From NCBI GenBank assembly GCA_002633005.1, contig NMRA01000925.1, forward strand, positions 1 to 64,000: DNA of 64,000 bases, given 5' to 3'. The translations under genes were made by a program, and so were the position numbers. The DNA is from Phoronis australis (taxonomy: Eukaryota; Animalia; Phoronida). The first letter of the stretch is position 1. The number at the start of each line of letters is the position of its first letter. Positions 61,703 to 64,000 of this stretch are shown here, piece by piece. A model generated the notes under the pieces. The model made no database searches and was not told where the DNA came from. It saw nothing but the letters and a program-made list of their open reading frames with translations.

Positions 61703-62913
61703 CTGGGCTATTAATTGTGGAATCTGATTATTACTGACTACTGTTTTAGTGAAAATTCCCTGCCTAACACTTGACACCGTAATATCTCATCAGTGGACGA
61801 CTTGAGACCCTAATCCTGGGCGATTTGCTTTATCAGATGATGAGGGTGTCTATGTACATAAGAAGATGCCCATATGTCTTCTTGTAGTTGTCTGTTTATT
61901 CAATGCCTAAACTAACTATTGTATCTAAGCAACAGGTCCGTCCGTATGAACGTTGATTACTTCGACAAATCACCCCCTAGAGCTAGTCGTACCCAATGAA
62001 CGTCGTTGTCGACGATTAAAATATAAAGAAGTTGATTTAATGCTACCAGAAAATTGATATTTTTCGCTTGGGGATTATTTCAACTCGGTAAATTATTGTC
62101 CTGCAACTACGCGTTAGAAAACAGCATATCAGAAAAACACGCGTGGATAGTCGGGCAGATTTCCTCAAATTGTGCATTGTGCTAACGTATCTGTACTTCG
62201 CACTAGGGTTGTTTATTCAGCTCGGCAAATATTTACGGCCACGGAATATATCCCTTTATTGTGCTAAATCGACTCTACCCAATAGTGCCGACCCCGTCTC
62301 CATGGGAATGTTACCGTGGACGCTGGTAATTGATTGATTCCCACCAACTTTTCGTCAAACCAATACAAGCGTAGTGTTCGCCCGAAGCCGCGTTTTGCGT
62401 CATTTGACCAATAAATGTGCTACCTAAGGCCCATATTTAGTTGAGTTTGTGGGTGCATCACTTTTGCGGCGCCTTGATAAATTGGAAGACTTAAAAACAT
62501 CAGTTTATTAAGTCAAAAATAACATAATTAGTTCTGGTCTGTTTCCCACACTGTTCAAAAACAGAAAACGGACCGATTTTAGTCAGCAGCGGGTGACACT
62601 GGTGAAGAAAAAGAATGTTCCCACCAATTTCAGCTGGTGTTTGTTGACATTGTTCTTTTGAAAATGTGGGCAACTAAAAAAAAAACGCGTCACAGCATCA
62701 ACTTTCAAAAAATACAGACCTTTGGCCTTTTCATGTTTTCCAGGTTCGCCTTGATTTTCCAGTAAATGTTCATGAGCACCCTACTGTGCTAGCTATGGTG
62801 ATTTCTTACAGTTTTCACAAGGCGGATCTTATCGGATTGAAATGCACCCCTAGTGTTTTTTGGAAGCCAGAGAAGGGCGATCACTGCTGAGATTGTATAC
62901 GCAGTCTTTTCCA

Positions 62914-63540
62914 CTACTCGTTGTAAAGACCATAAACTGTCGCGGTACAGAACATTTGTCCGTTCTGGTAACTGTAAGTAGAACAACTATCCACGCTGGG
63001 GTCCCACGAACATCGACTTGCCACCATCATCGTCTGGTCTTTCTTTTCCCCCACTGTCACTGTGCACACAATTTTGTAGCGATCGAACTTGAACGCTTTC
63101 ACTTTATCCTTTATTTCTTCCGACATTACTCGACTGAGCATGCCAGCTAGTCGTGCATTGTACGTCATGGAATGCAGGCGGTCCTCAAGAACGCCTTTTA
63201 TGGCATTTTCTACCTTTTTAGAGTCGAACCGTTTTAGCGGTTCCATGCGGTACGTGGGTGCGACTGTTTGGTTCGCTTCTCTCTCCTTTCGCTTTTCCAT
63301 GACTTTGTTCGACAGTTGTTTCGTGAACCGCCTCGCCAGCATAATACCTGCTATAGAAGGACCTTTTCTTGGCGTCGACTTATCCTGCGATTTGAATGAT
63401 TTTTGCGAGGCTGTGTCGCTCTTTATGGCTGCAAAAGTCGCTTTTCTGGTTGATGGATTGGTCTGGTTCGCCGACGACGTTGTATTACCGGAGCCACTGC
63501 GATCCATACCGCTGGTACTGAACTTTCTTGACGCCAACAT
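62914..63540 (-). CDS. Tctex1-domain dynein light chain (TCTEX1D1/DYNLT5-like), intronless CDS, ~208 aa
   Basis: First ATG at 63540 (the ORF track used an upstream non-ATG start); low-complexity N-terminus, then PTYRMEP..F...IK.VLE.RL...Y...SEEIK.KVK...DRYKIVC.V.VGE..Q....ASRC.WD...D....Y.N..MFC.ATVYGLY.E*. Confidence 0.92.
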   Translation of the reverse strand: MLASRKFSTSGMDRSGSGNTTSSANQTNPSTRKATFAAIKSDTASQKSFKSQDKSTPRKGPSIAGIMLARRFTKQLSNKVMEKRKEREANQTVAPTYRMEPLKRFDSKKVENAIKGVLEDRLHSMTYNARLAGMLSRVMSEEIKDKVKAFKFDRYKIVCTVTVGEKKDQTMMVASRCSWDPSVDSCSTYSYQNGQMFCTATVYGLYNE

Positions 63541-63924
63541 CGTCAAGGATAAAAACGTAAGTGGTCACAATATCCAAGTTTCTTTCGGATTCAGTAGCTA
63601 CGCAGAACTCCAAAGATATTCTGGTAGTGAGTAGATGAATCCGTATCTCACGCTATTAATTTAGAACTGAATTCGTCGCGACAATAAGCGAAAGAGTCGT
63701 GCATAACACATTACTCAGTCTCAGGTCCGGCGGTGACAGCTAACACAATCCTTTCATTCATTTGACGATGTCCTGTGTTCAAGCTCAACTTTATAAAGTC
63801 GCATCAAGGTTGATCGTCTTCCTATTGTCGTTAAATAACGCTCGAATGAAGGCGCTGATAAAATTATATCAATTCCTCTTGTAACCTCATTGGCTTAGCT
63901 CTCCGTCAATCCTGACGTGCGTGT

Positions 63925-63937
63925 GTCCTATGGAAAC
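63925..63937. promoter_or_regulatory. Possible RFX X-box upstream of the Tctex1-domain gene
   Basis: GTTTCCATAGGAC on the minus strand: one perfect half-site, ~390 bp upstream of the ATG of a typically ciliary gene. Confidence 0.35.
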
Positions 63938-64000
63938 CAGCAGGGACCTGCCACACGAGGGCGTGTTTTCGTTGACTTGTTTCGCGCAAATCAACAAACC

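Noticed and set aside
61826-61882. Hairpin GGGTGTCT/AGATGCCC after TGATGA (hammerhead or box C-like)
   Set aside because: Lacks both the initial C of CUGAUGA and GAAA; no matching box D arrangement seen
63089-63634. 181-aa plus-strand ORF
   Set aside because: Antisense shadow of the Tctex1-domain CDS, with no ATG start and no motifs

Overview
Eukaryotic (invertebrate-type, AT-rich, repeat-dense) genomic DNA; nearly all entries in the ORF track are spurious. Three protein-coding loci are supported. (1) A single 1295-bp minus-strand exon (1103-2397) encodes an IgGFc-binding-protein N-terminal domain. (2) A complete plus-strand alpha-N-acetylglucosaminidase gene (NAGLU, GH89) can be assembled by hand from 19 phase-compatible GT-AG exons (34839-58027, about 749 aa, both catalytic glutamates present). 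(3) An intronless minus-strand Tctex1-domain dynein light chain gene lies at 62914-63540. There is one intact tRNA-Ala(CGC). The rest is mobile DNA: a 5'-truncated LINE with an 18-bp TSD, a CR1-type fragment, a Kolobok-type element with a decayed THAP domain abutting the NAGLU promoter, Helentron-type (HINE) elements, many MITEs, a SINE, a tRNA-containing tandem/inverted repeat and Penelope-type hammerhead relics. A 2.4-kb duplication starting exactly at an N is probably two haplotypes and exposes polymorphic insertions. I found no convincing new multi-gene system. The best leads are a transposon-borne ~150-bp-periodic CTCF-motif array, the tRNA-like repeat with a GGC anticodon, a CAC..GTG/5-bp-TSD (Transib-like) palindromic MITE with its empty site, and two alternative signal peptides for NAGLU. 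All calls are by eye; no searches were run.
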